From contig OZ253580.1 of the NCBI GenBank assembly GCA_965263035.1, positions 544,001 to 608,000 on the forward strand: a stretch of DNA of 64,000 nucleotides. The letters run 5' to 3'. How positions within the stretch are numbered: position 1 is the first letter of the stretch; each line of letters opens with the position of its first letter. The stretch is from Acidobacteriota bacterium (GTDB taxonomy: Bacteria > Acidobacteriota > UBA6911 > RPQK01 > JAJDTT01). Shown in pieces: positions 39,903 to 48,727 of this stretch. The notes under the pieces were generated by a model. It had not been told where the DNA came from, ran no database searches, and saw only the letters and a list, made by a program, of their open reading frames with translations. The position numbers and the translations under genes were made by a program.

Positions 39903-40601
39903 ATGAATGCCAGCAAGAAAGTCATCGTCATCGAGGATGAACCCGATATCCAGGAAATCATCGTTCACAACCTCCTGAGAGACGGGTATCAGGTGGAAGC
40001 GACTCCGAATGGGGAACGGGGACTGGAACTGGTACGCAGGCTCGAGCCCGATCTGGTTCTGTTGGACCTGATGCTTCCCGGTCTGGACGGAGTCGAGGTC
40101 TGCCGCCGCATGAAGACCGACCCTCGTACGCGAGCCGTTTCCATCATCATGGTCACGGCCCGTGGAGAAGAGAGCGACGTCGTCCTGGGATTGGGCCTGG
40201 GCGCCGACGACTACGTGTCCAAGCCCTTCAGCCCCAGGGAGCTCATGGAGCGGGTCAAGGCGGTTCTCCGCAGGGGGCCACTCCAGGACCATCAGAGCCG
40301 AGAAAGAATTGTCGTGGGTGACGTCGTGATCGACGCCGGACGCCACGAGTTTCGAGTCTCCAAGAGGCGGGTCGACCTGACCGCTTCCGAGTTTCGCCTT
40401 CTCCATTGCCTGGCGTCCCAGCCGGGTCGGGTCTTTACCCGGGACCAACTCTTGAACCGGGTGGTGGGAGAAGATACCTTCATTGACGATCGCAACATCG
40501 ACGTCCATGTCGGTGCAGTTCGCAGGAAGCTGGGGGCTCACAAGTATCTCGTCGAGACCGTCAGGGGCGTGGGCTACCGCTTCCACGACGATTACATGTA
40601 G
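39903..40601 (+). CDS. OmpR/PhoB family response regulator
   Basis: IEDE, LLDLMLPG, GADDYVSKPFSPREL and ETVRGVGYRF motifs. Confidence 0.93.
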   Translation: MNASKKVIVIEDEPDIQEIIVHNLLRDGYQVEATPNGERGLELVRRLEPDLVLLDLMLPGLDGVEVCRRMKTDPRTRAVSIIMVTARGEESDVVLGLGLGADDYVSKPFSPRELMERVKAVLRRGPLQDHQSRERIVVGDVVIDAGRHEFRVSKRRVDLTASEFRLLHCLASQPGRVFTRDQLLNRVVGEDTFIDDRNIDVHVGAVRRKLGAHKYLVETVRGVGYRFHDDYM

Positions 40602-40604
40602 TAG

Positions 40605-42425
40605 ATGATACGTTCCCGCCTGCTGTGGAAACTCTATCTGGGCTATTTCGTCCTGATCGTGTTGACCGCCTCCATCCTGGGCGGTCTGGTCTTTCGGCGA
40701 ATCAAGGAAGATTCGCTGGAGGAGATCCAGACTTCCCTTCGGACTCATGCCCTCCTTCTCAGGGAGTTTGCCGGGCGCCGTCCCGCTGACGAATCGGCAA
40801 CGGAACTCAAGGATCGACTCCGCATCCTGGGCCGGGAAATGGGAGCCCGTCTCACCGTCATCGGCGCCGACGGCGTCGTCCTGGGGGACTCGGACCAGGA
40901 CCCCGCCGAGATGGACAACCAGCTGAACCGGCCCGGGATTCTGCGGGCTCGTTCCCACGGCCTGGATACCCGTCCCAGATTGAGCGACCTCCATGGGGTC
41001 CCTGGGATCTCCCTGGCACTGCCCATAGGTGAGAAGTCCGGCTTTGGGGGATACATCCGCGTCTCCATGCCGCTGTCGGCGATCGATGAGCGGTTGGGAA
41101 GATCGGGAAGGGCCGTTTTGGGTGGCACTGTCATCGTGGCGGCGGTGGCCCTGATCCTGGGGTTGCTGGTGGCTCGACGCCTGCTCAGGCCCCTGGTTTC
41201 CATGACTCGCATCGCCGAGTCCATGGCCAAGGGTGACTACGGCCAGCGCCTTTCCATCGCGCGATCCGACGAGATTGGAGAGCTGGGGGATGCACTCAAC
41301 CGGATGGCCCGCAGTTGCCAGCGACGCATGGAGACGTTTCAAACCGATCACCGGCAGCTCCTGGCCATTCTCGGCGGCATGGCGGAGGGAGTGGTGGCCG
41401 TCGACGAGAACGAACGCGTCCTGCATATGAACCAAGCCGCTGGTCGGATTCTGGGAGCCGATCCGTCGACCAGTCTCGGCAAGCCGGTTTGGGAAACCAC
41501 GAGGATCCTTCAAATCTCAGAAACCATTTCCAGAACCCTCCGGGAAGGGACAGGCGTCAACACCAGCCTGGAGCTCAGGTCGTCCCCGCGAGACCGCTCC
41601 ATCGAGTTGAAAGCCACGCCGCTCCGCAACGGCGACCAGGCACCGGCGGGAGCCGTGGTGGTGATGCACGACATCTCGGAGCGCCTGAGGGTCGAGACCA
41701 TGAGGCAGGATTTCGTGGCCAACGTCTCCCACGAACTGAAGACGCCCGTAGCGGCCATCCAGGCTCTCGTGGAAACGATCCTGGATGACCCGGACATGAC
41801 CTGTCAGACGCGAGACCGATTCCTCCGGAAGACCCGGAACCAGTCCCTCCGTCTCTCCTCCATCGTGACCGACTTGCTTACTCTGTCCCGAATGGAATCG
41901 GAAGAGGGAGTCTCCCGCGAAATCGTCGACCTGAGAGACACGGTTGCGGTTCCGGCGGAGGAAGCCATTCCGACGGCGGAAGTTCGGGGCATCCAACTCC
42001 ACATTCAAGTTCCGGATCGGCCCATGTGGATCGCCGGCGACATGGAAGGCCTCTGTCTGGTGACCTCGAACCTAGTGGGAAACGCCCTCAAATACACGCC
42101 TGAAATGGGCGAGGTTACGGTGAGCTTGAGCCAGGAGGGGAATCAGGCCCTATTGGAGGTCGAGGACAGCGGGATCGGCATCGAGGCCCGACACCTGGAC
42201 CGCATCTTCGAACGCTTCTACCGGGTCGACACGGCCCGTTCCCGGGAACTGGGCGGGACCGGATTGGGCCTTTCGATCGTCAAGAGAGTGGTGCTGGCTC
42301 ACAATGGCACCGTCTCGGTGGAGAGCATTGCCGGTCGAGGCAGCAGGTTCAGGGTTCTCCTTCCCGTTCCCGGAAATTCCTGGCCCGAATCTGAACCGCG
42401 GGTTATTCGCTCACCGGCCTCCTGA
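40605..42425 (+). CDS. PhoR-like sensor histidine kinase (HAMP-PAS-HisKA-HATPase)
   Basis: Two TM segments; DEIGELG HAMP, NVSHELKTP H-box, NALKY N-box, DSGIGI and GGTGLGL. Confidence 0.92.
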   Translation: MIRSRLLWKLYLGYFVLIVLTASILGGLVFRRIKEDSLEEIQTSLRTHALLLREFAGRRPADESATELKDRLRILGREMGARLTVIGADGVVLGDSDQDPAEMDNQLNRPGILRARSHGLDTRPRLSDLHGVPGISLALPIGEKSGFGGYIRVSMPLSAIDERLGRSGRAVLGGTVIVAAVALILGLLVARRLLRPLVSMTRIAESMAKGDYGQRLSIARSDEIGELGDALNRMARSCQRRMETFQTDHRQLLAILGGMAEGVVAVDENERVLHMNQAAGRILGADPSTSLGKPVWETTRILQISETISRTLREGTGVNTSLELRSSPRDRSIELKATPLRNGDQAPAGAVVVMHDISERLRVETMRQDFVANVSHELKTPVAAIQALVETILDDPDMTCQTRDRFLRKTRNQSLRLSSIVTDLLTLSRMESEEGVSREIVDLRDTVAVPAEEAIPTAEVRGIQLHIQVPDRPMWIAGDMEGLCLVTSNLVGNALKYTPEMGEVTVSLSQEGNQALLEVEDSGIGIEARHLDRIFERFYRVDTARSRELGGTGLGLSIVKRVVLAHNGTVSVESIAGRGSRFRVLLPVPGNSWPESEPRVIRSPAS

Positions 42426-44064
42426 GGCGGTCGACGGCAACCATTCCCTCGCTGCGAAATCCGAAGACCTTGGCGTTGAAGAGCTGAAAGCGCAGGCGCA
42501 CGGTCTTCCCGGCCAAGTTCCCGATTCCCTCCCGGTCCTTCCAAACCAGCGGAACCCAGAGATGGTTCCCCGAAATCGGTTGAGCCGGATAGACCTTCCG
42601 GTCCGGAACCCCCTCAACCATCAACTCGACGGCTACCGATCCGGAATCACCGTGAGTCTTGAGGTTCACCTCCACCGGTTTGCCCTGGAAGCGGAAGCGC
42701 TGGGTCGTGAACTGGCCCTCCTGTCCGGCCTCGATTCCGGCCAGGCGGCCATCCTCCCAGGTGGCCCAGCCGATTCCCCGAGGCCACTTCCGATCCTTCT
42801 GGAACCGGACCTTCCACCACTCGTTGTGGGACCAGCTGGATCCCACGATGGGAACCGCTATCCGGCCGTCGCGCAGCTGCACCATGGCGGAGACCGCGTA
42901 CATGGAGCCGCCGTCCCAGTCTCCCGGCCGGCCCAACTCCACGATGGAATCACGGCTCACCCAATTCCAGACGACGCCGTCGAGACTCGTGGCCAACCGC
43001 AGGTCGACCAGACTCGTGTCCCGATGGTAGACGGAAGCCAGCATGAGGTGGGTGTTCTCCGTCCCCGGGTAGTGGAGGTAGGTATTGTTGTAAAAGTCAT
43101 CGGAGGGGGACTCTTCGGGTCCGGGAGTCAGGATCAGGTTGGGATGAGGCCACCGGCGGAAATCCGAGGTCTCGGCTCGGGCGATGCTGCGGCGGCGAGG
43201 ATAGTTCTGCCGCATCAGCATCACGTACTTTTTCAACTTGCCGTCGAAGTAGATGCTGGGAACGCCGTCGTTGTTGAAATACGTGTCCCAGAGCGGTTCG
43301 GGAAGGCGTTTCCAGTGGATCCCGTCAGGAGAGACGGCCGCTCCCAGGATGCCGCCCATGCTTTTGGCATTCGGCTTGAACAACCGGATATTGGTGAGGC
43401 TGGCGGTCTTGTACCGCTCCTCGGGAGGAGCGTTGGGATCGACGAAGATGTGACCGTTGATTCCGGCCAGACCGTTGAAGGCAATCAGATTGTTGTCCCG
43501 GCTTCCCTCGAACTCCAGCATTCCCATGGAGACTCGTTTCCAGTTCAGGCCGTCCTCAGACTCCGCATAGCACACCCCGGAGCCTCCTCCGTCCGATCCC
43601 AGTTTCAAGCGGCCGTCAGGGGCCACCACTGCGCGGTCTCGTACGGTCCAGCCGCAGCCATACCAGAGACGGTAGCGGCCGTCCTCGTGGAGCACGGTCT
43701 TAGGCCCGATGCCGCTTCTTTCCCAAGGTTTCTCCGGTTTGAGCCAGGGACCGACCCGCCGTCCCTTCTCGATGCCGATCTTCACGCCGCTGGCGGCACG
43801 TATTCTCCGGGAAGCAGTGGGTCCTTCGGAGATGTACATGGTGGCCTTGTAGTAGTCGCGCACTTTGGCGATCAGTTGCCGATCGTGCTCGTCCACGTAG
43901 GTCAGATCGACGGGAAAGATGGCATTTCCCGGATCCACCTTGGTCCAATCGGTGAAGATATGCGTCACCACCGGGGAGGAGTCACTCTGGGACAGGGATA
44001 TCCCCCACGAGAGACTGCAGACCATCCCCACCAGAATCGATTTGAAGCGGCGTTTCGTGTTCAT
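42403..44064 (-). CDS. Secreted protein, probable five-bladed beta-propeller glycosidase-like
   Basis: YRLWY, CYAESEDGLNW, SPDGIHW and TSLDGVVW repeats; signal peptide; start refined to 44064. Confidence 0.7.
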   Translation of the reverse strand: MNTKRRFKSILVGMVCSLSWGISLSQSDSSPVVTHIFTDWTKVDPGNAIFPVDLTYVDEHDRQLIAKVRDYYKATMYISEGPTASRRIRAASGVKIGIEKGRRVGPWLKPEKPWERSGIGPKTVLHEDGRYRLWYGCGWTVRDRAVVAPDGRLKLGSDGGGSGVCYAESEDGLNWKRVSMGMLEFEGSRDNNLIAFNGLAGINGHIFVDPNAPPEERYKTASLTNIRLFKPNAKSMGGILGAAVSPDGIHWKRLPEPLWDTYFNNDGVPSIYFDGKLKKYVMLMRQNYPRRRSIARAETSDFRRWPHPNLILTPGPEESPSDDFYNNTYLHYPGTENTHLMLASVYHRDTSLVDLRLATSLDGVVWNWVSRDSIVELGRPGDWDGGSMYAVSAMVQLRDGRIAVPIVGSSWSHNEWWKVRFQKDRKWPRGIGWATWEDGRLAGIEAGQEGQFTTQRFRFQGKPVEVNLKTHGDSGSVAVELMVEGVPDRKVYPAQPISGNHLWVPLVWKDREGIGNLAGKTVRLRFQLFNAKVFGFRSEGMVAVDRLRRPVSE

Positions 44065-44156
44065 TTGGGCAGTGTTCCTCGGTAGTTGACCGTCCGTGCC
44101 AATTGAGAATTCATCCTGGCAGGGCACTCGACTTCAGACCGGCCAGAGGGAAGATT

Positions 44157-45656
44157 CTATCGAAACTTCAAGGAATAGAGATCCGCGTCCTTCATCACGA
44201 AGCGCAATCTCACCGGGTCTCCCGAGATCCTCCGCATCAATTGTTCGGATGTCTTCCGGGAACGGCTCCGGTCCCACTGGACCTCGTGGTCGATTTCATC
44301 CCCCCACAAGATGGGCGATTCCTCCAGGGCGAAACCCGGCATCGGATTGCCGTACAGGTCCTGGATCTCGACCTGAATGCTTCCGGCGGCGGAGGTCGCG
44401 AAGTTCAGGGTCAGGGAGTCGCCTTCGAAGATCAGCGGTTTGGTCAGGAATTCACCTCCCGCGGCGCCGGCATTCACGGAGGCGAAGCCGTCGGTGCGCA
44501 GTACGAACCGCTCCAGGTGAACGCTGGGAAAAGTGTAGTGCCGCTGCAGGTAGAGGGAAATCTCGGCCGGCCCGGTGGGCAACAGACCGGTCGCCGGCGT
44601 GTTGGCGCGATGAATCCAGTTCCGGACGTGTCGGCCGGGCCGAATGAAGGCTTCCATGAAGGTGCGCTGCCACCGTTGTCCATCGCGGCTGCTGAGGAGG
44701 ACCACATCTGATGCTCCAGCGTACCGTTGGGACCGGAAAGGTTCCAGAGTGCGCCAGGGGACCATGCGCCGGGGAAAAGCCAGAAAGATGTGGGGAGCTC
44801 GGAAATAGGGGTTCGCGGCATTCGTATAGAAGTGCTCGGGCGGCGTGTCCCCTACATCGATGTACTCGGGTGGGGTCCAGCGGATGAAGTCGGGGGATGT
44901 GGACCTCACGACCTCCCGGACCCTCTGGCCCCGGAGGCCCCGGAGATAGGCGACGTATTCCTCCCGTTCCGAGTCCCAGAAGGCCAGGTCGCCTCCCCAG
45001 TCCACCTTCTGTGTAATGAGGGGCTCGTCCTGGATGAGTCGCCAGTGGATCCCGTCGGCAGACACGACTCCCATGACGTGCTTCAGGCCCGGGGTGTGGT
45101 AGCTGGCCAGGGCCTTGTACCGTTGATCTTCGGGCGCCCGGGGATTCTCGTCCTTGAAGGCCATGAAGCAGTGGGATGCGTCTCCGTGCGCTCCGGTCCA
45201 GACGATGTTGTTGTCCGTGGAACCATTGAACTCGAACAGCCCCAGAGAGGGACGGGTCCAGTGGATTCCGTCCCGGCTCTCGGCGTAGCAGGTCCACTCC
45301 GGATGGTCGGGAGTGACCACCTCCCCCGGCTCCAGCATGGAAAAGACGGTCAGGCCCTTGGCGGCATGAGTGCTGCCACGGTAGTACATGCGATACCGGT
45401 CCCCATCCTTGAAGACCGAGATGTAGTCGCTCGTACCCCCTTCCCAAGGACGATCGAAAGAAAGGACTCTGCCGGCCGAACGGGGGGGATGGAGTTTCAG
45501 CTCCACACCCCGCATGGATTCGATCAGGGTGTCGTCGACGAACAGTTCCAGGCGCGAGCCCAGCTCCAGCGGCTCCCCCTGCCGGGCGGTTTCAGCCGGA
45601 GAGACGTGGATCCACAGTATGACCAACAGGCAAGTCACAATGGCGCGTGGCATCAT
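44157..45656 (-). CDS. Secreted protein, probable five-bladed beta-propeller glycosidase-like
   Basis: YRMYY, CYAESRDGIHW, SADGIHW, SRDGQRW and LRTDGFASV; distant paralog of 42403-44064. Confidence 0.72.
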   Translation of the reverse strand: MMPRAIVTCLLVILWIHVSPAETARQGEPLELGSRLELFVDDTLIESMRGVELKLHPPRSAGRVLSFDRPWEGGTSDYISVFKDGDRYRMYYRGSTHAAKGLTVFSMLEPGEVVTPDHPEWTCYAESRDGIHWTRPSLGLFEFNGSTDNNIVWTGAHGDASHCFMAFKDENPRAPEDQRYKALASYHTPGLKHVMGVVSADGIHWRLIQDEPLITQKVDWGGDLAFWDSEREEYVAYLRGLRGQRVREVVRSTSPDFIRWTPPEYIDVGDTPPEHFYTNAANPYFRAPHIFLAFPRRMVPWRTLEPFRSQRYAGASDVVLLSSRDGQRWQRTFMEAFIRPGRHVRNWIHRANTPATGLLPTGPAEISLYLQRHYTFPSVHLERFVLRTDGFASVNAGAAGGEFLTKPLIFEGDSLTLNFATSAAGSIQVEIQDLYGNPMPGFALEESPILWGDEIDHEVQWDRSRSRKTSEQLMRRISGDPVRLRFVMKDADLYSLKFR

Positions 45657-45746
45657 CGTTTCATCCTACACGGCGGTCGAACTGCCGGCGCGGAAAGAGG
45701 GTGGATCCCACGTCGACGCGCGTATCCGTTTTTACGAAGGGAGAGA

Positions 45747-45822
45747 TGGTAGCCCCAACGGGAGTCGAACCCGTGTTACCGCCTTGAGAGGGCGGCGTCC
45801 TAGGCCACTAGACGATGGGGCC
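45747..45822 (-). tRNA. tRNA-Glu (anticodon CTC)
   Basis: 76 nt GGCCCCA...TGGGGCTACCA; anticodon arm CCGCC-CTCTCAA-GGCGG; T-loop GGTTCGACTCC; encoded CCA. Confidence 0.97.
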
Positions 45823-45839
45823 ACCCGACGATGACCGTT

Positions 45840-45868
45840 TTTTAAACCAAACCGGGCGGCGTTGTCAA
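45840..45868 (-). promoter_or_regulatory. Sigma70-type promoter for tRNA-Glu
   Basis: Minus strand TTGACA (45868-45863), 17-bp spacer, TTAAAA (45845-45840). Confidence 0.6.
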
Positions 45869-45940
45869 TTCTGAGGACTGTTCCCCATATCGTTTCGTCC
45901 AGCAAGATGCATCTGAAAAGGTCGAATGATCGAAATGGGT

Positions 45941-47548
45941 TCAGCGCCTCAATTCCTGTACCAAGCGCTCCTCGATCCTGGGATCGATGATTGCTTCCCC
46001 CGCGAGGAGATTCAGGAAACGATCTCTGTCAACTGCCGTTTCGAGGGCTTTGGCTTCGCCTTGGAACACTATCTCCATTCCACCTCGCGCGACTTCCAGA
46101 CGATAGTCTCCGTGACCCAACTTCACACGCGTTTCCAGACAATCCCATCCTTGCGCCCGGGCCAGTTCCACGGCAGCGGCACGCTGGCGAGCGTTCCAAC
46201 TGCCAAGGAACCACTCGGCGAGGGGTTTCGGGCGTTCCGGCGGCGGTCCCAGGTCGAAGTCGGTGTCGGCCATCCAATGGCTCATGGCAGCCATACGATG
46301 GGACACGGCCCGGGAGGCCGTCGGACCACCCCGCAGGGACAGCGGCAATGACAACCAGCCGGAACGGGCGCCGAACAGCACGGCGGCTGCCAGCCAGTCT
46401 TCTTCACTCAGTTCCGGAGCCTCGAATTCCAGCAGCTCGGCACAGGTTCGCCGAAGAAACAGCAGCGACATCGCCCGAGGCAACGGAGTCGAGTACTTCG
46501 TCCACAGCTCCGAAGTTCGGAACTTCCCCAGTCCCGTCAGGGACTCGAGGTCGTCCCTGAGCCCCCGGACACGCTCTCGCAGAGTGGATGGAATCCGCGT
46601 CGAGGCGTCGCCGAAGTAGTCGAGCAGCACGGCGGCCGCATTGCCTCCGTCACCCGCGACCGTCTCCTGGGAGAGTCGGCCGGCGGCGCCCCAGAACAGC
46701 CGCCGCCACGCATTCCGGCCGCCGACATCGGGCAACGATTCCGTGGCCGACCGCGGCTCGCCGCCGGAGCGCATCCAGGTTCCGAGCCCCGAGAGAATCG
46801 TGTCCCCCAGCTCGGACGCGCGTTGCGGCGGCGGATCGAAAGCCACGCGACAGGCCGCAACGCCCAGGGTCTCTCCCGTCGCAGGCATCTGGTTCGCGCT
46901 CCGGTTGCCCATCAGCCGCATCATCGCCATGATGCCGCCGGCGGCCCGCGCCAAACTCAGCGGCGTATCCCGAGCGTCAGGAACTCCCTCCGGAGGCCAA
47001 GGTGCTTTCGAGGCGTTCGAGAAACGAGGTTTCTCCGTTCTGGTCGTGAAGTCTGTCCAGGGAACGTTGGCAAAATCCCGGGCGTCCACACCGCACGCCT
47101 TCCGCTCCTCCACCGAGCGAAACAGAATCTTCTCAATCGACGATACAGGAAGCGGCGCCGGCAGGAACAGCAGCCTGGCCTTGCCCACGTCGCCCGGGAA
47201 TCGACGTTCCTGAAGATTGTCCGACTCGACGGAGAACACCCGGCCGGAGAACTCCTTCAGGGAAATCTGCACGATACAGGGTCTGAGGTATTTCGCTTCG
47301 GAGAGGGATCCGTCAATTGCTGCTGGGCAGGGTCTGCCGGTGAACAATGGGATCCAGCCCGGGCAACATTGGAGGGTGTCCCGAAAGTACTTGTCCCCGA
47401 AACCGGTGGGCGGCAGCACCAGACCCGAGCCCAACATGTACATCAGATTCAGGTGATTGGTGACCAAGTAACCGGCTGCCGGCGCTGTCCCTGGCGTGAC
47501 GGATTCGGGCGGTCGTGCAGGGTCACTCAACAGATTACGCTGAGTCAT
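45941..47548 (-). CDS. Hypothetical protein, last gene of the DISARM-like operon
   Basis: 535 aa from MTQRNL; start overlaps the upstream stop (TGATG); no family confidently recognised. Confidence 0.75.
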   Translation of the reverse strand: MTQRNLLSDPARPPESVTPGTAPAAGYLVTNHLNLMYMLGSGLVLPPTGFGDKYFRDTLQCCPGWIPLFTGRPCPAAIDGSLSEAKYLRPCIVQISLKEFSGRVFSVESDNLQERRFPGDVGKARLLFLPAPLPVSSIEKILFRSVEERKACGVDARDFANVPWTDFTTRTEKPRFSNASKAPWPPEGVPDARDTPLSLARAAGGIMAMMRLMGNRSANQMPATGETLGVAACRVAFDPPPQRASELGDTILSGLGTWMRSGGEPRSATESLPDVGGRNAWRRLFWGAAGRLSQETVAGDGGNAAAVLLDYFGDASTRIPSTLRERVRGLRDDLESLTGLGKFRTSELWTKYSTPLPRAMSLLFLRRTCAELLEFEAPELSEEDWLAAAVLFGARSGWLSLPLSLRGGPTASRAVSHRMAAMSHWMADTDFDLGPPPERPKPLAEWFLGSWNARQRAAAVELARAQGWDCLETRVKLGHGDYRLEVARGGMEIVFQGEAKALETAVDRDRFLNLLAGEAIIDPRIEERLVQELRR

Positions 47549-48726
47549 CAGTTCCCGTTCCTCTCCTTCAAACACATCCTCCGCAGTGCTTCCGGATCGT
47601 CAGGCAGTATCTCTTCGATTCGACTGTCGACTCCGCTCTGTCGAAGCAGGATCACCTGTTCCTGCGCCCGGGCCACCATGACGTAGAAAAGTTTCTTTGT
47701 CGGCTCTGGATCGTCAGGCCGATAGGAATGCTGATCGATATCGGCCAGCACGGCGATGTCGAACTCCAGGCCCTTGCAGGCTTGGGCGTTGATCACCAGG
47801 ATCCCGCCTTCATCGAAACGGATGTCGGGCCGATGGTCGCCGTAGAAGGTTTCGATGTTTGGGAGATCATGGTCCAAGATGTCCCTTTCCACGGCGCGCA
47901 ATCCGTCAAGATAGCGTTGCCGGACGGCGTTGTCGGGCGCCAGCACCCCGACCAACCTGGTCGGGTCGCGATCAGAGAGCAGGATGATCCGCCGGCAGAT
48001 CTCCCCCATGCTCTCCGGAGGATAGTCGAAGAGCCATGCGGGAACACCCCGGCGCTCAGGCAGCCCTGGAGGCGGGCTGGCAGGATCGCCGGTCTGGAAC
48101 GCGTGCGCCAGCTTCGCCACCGGCGCGCTGTTGCGGTAGTTGCAGGTCAATTCAATGACCTCCTTTGCGTCGATGTCCAACTCGGTTTCGATGTCCTTGC
48201 GACTGCTGTGGGCGTCCGTGATCTGCTGATTCTGATCCGCCGTCACGAGGAGACGTTCGAATCCCAAATTGACCAGGGACCGGTAGAATTCGGGCGGCAT
48301 ATCCTGGCCTTCGTCGATCACCAGGTACGGAGCATCTTTGATTGGCGTCACCTTCTTCACGTGATCCAGAACGGCCGGCCAGTTGACAGCTCGGTACCCA
48401 CCCGGTGTATCTGTAGGCTCTCTGGGCAAGAGTCGGCCGATAATTTCCCGGAACTTCTCGGCAAACCACCTCTCCCAGGTGGCGCTAGACAGCGTTTCGC
48501 CAGCCAGTTGGGCGCTCGAACGGTGGAGCAGGTGGTTGTGGACCAGGAACACATGACGGTCACGATCCCGAGCGTGACGCCGGACTCGGATCAGCGCCAG
48601 CACCGTCTTTCCAGTCCCAGGGCCGCCGACGATCAGGTGCTGGCCCTCTTTTGGCAGAACCCGAGCCGCTTCCTGCTCCTTGCTCAGGTCCTGGACGCCG
48701 GGGAGTTCGAACCGGCGCTTCGCCAT
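47548..48726 (-). CDS. UvrD/Rep-like SF1 helicase (AAA + UvrD_C)
   Basis: GGPGTGKT, IDEGQD, NYRNS, CKGLEFD and LFYVMVARA motifs; start MAKRRF at 48726. Confidence 0.87.
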   Translation of the reverse strand: MAKRRFELPGVQDLSKEQEAARVLPKEGQHLIVGGPGTGKTVLALIRVRRHARDRDRHVFLVHNHLLHRSSAQLAGETLSSATWERWFAEKFREIIGRLLPREPTDTPGGYRAVNWPAVLDHVKKVTPIKDAPYLVIDEGQDMPPEFYRSLVNLGFERLLVTADQNQQITDAHSSRKDIETELDIDAKEVIELTCNYRNSAPVAKLAHAFQTGDPASPPPGLPERRGVPAWLFDYPPESMGEICRRIILLSDRDPTRLVGVLAPDNAVRQRYLDGLRAVERDILDHDLPNIETFYGDHRPDIRFDEGGILVINAQACKGLEFDIAVLADIDQHSYRPDDPEPTKKLFYVMVARAQEQVILLRQSGVDSRIEEILPDDPEALRRMCLKERNGN

Positions 48727-48727
48727 A

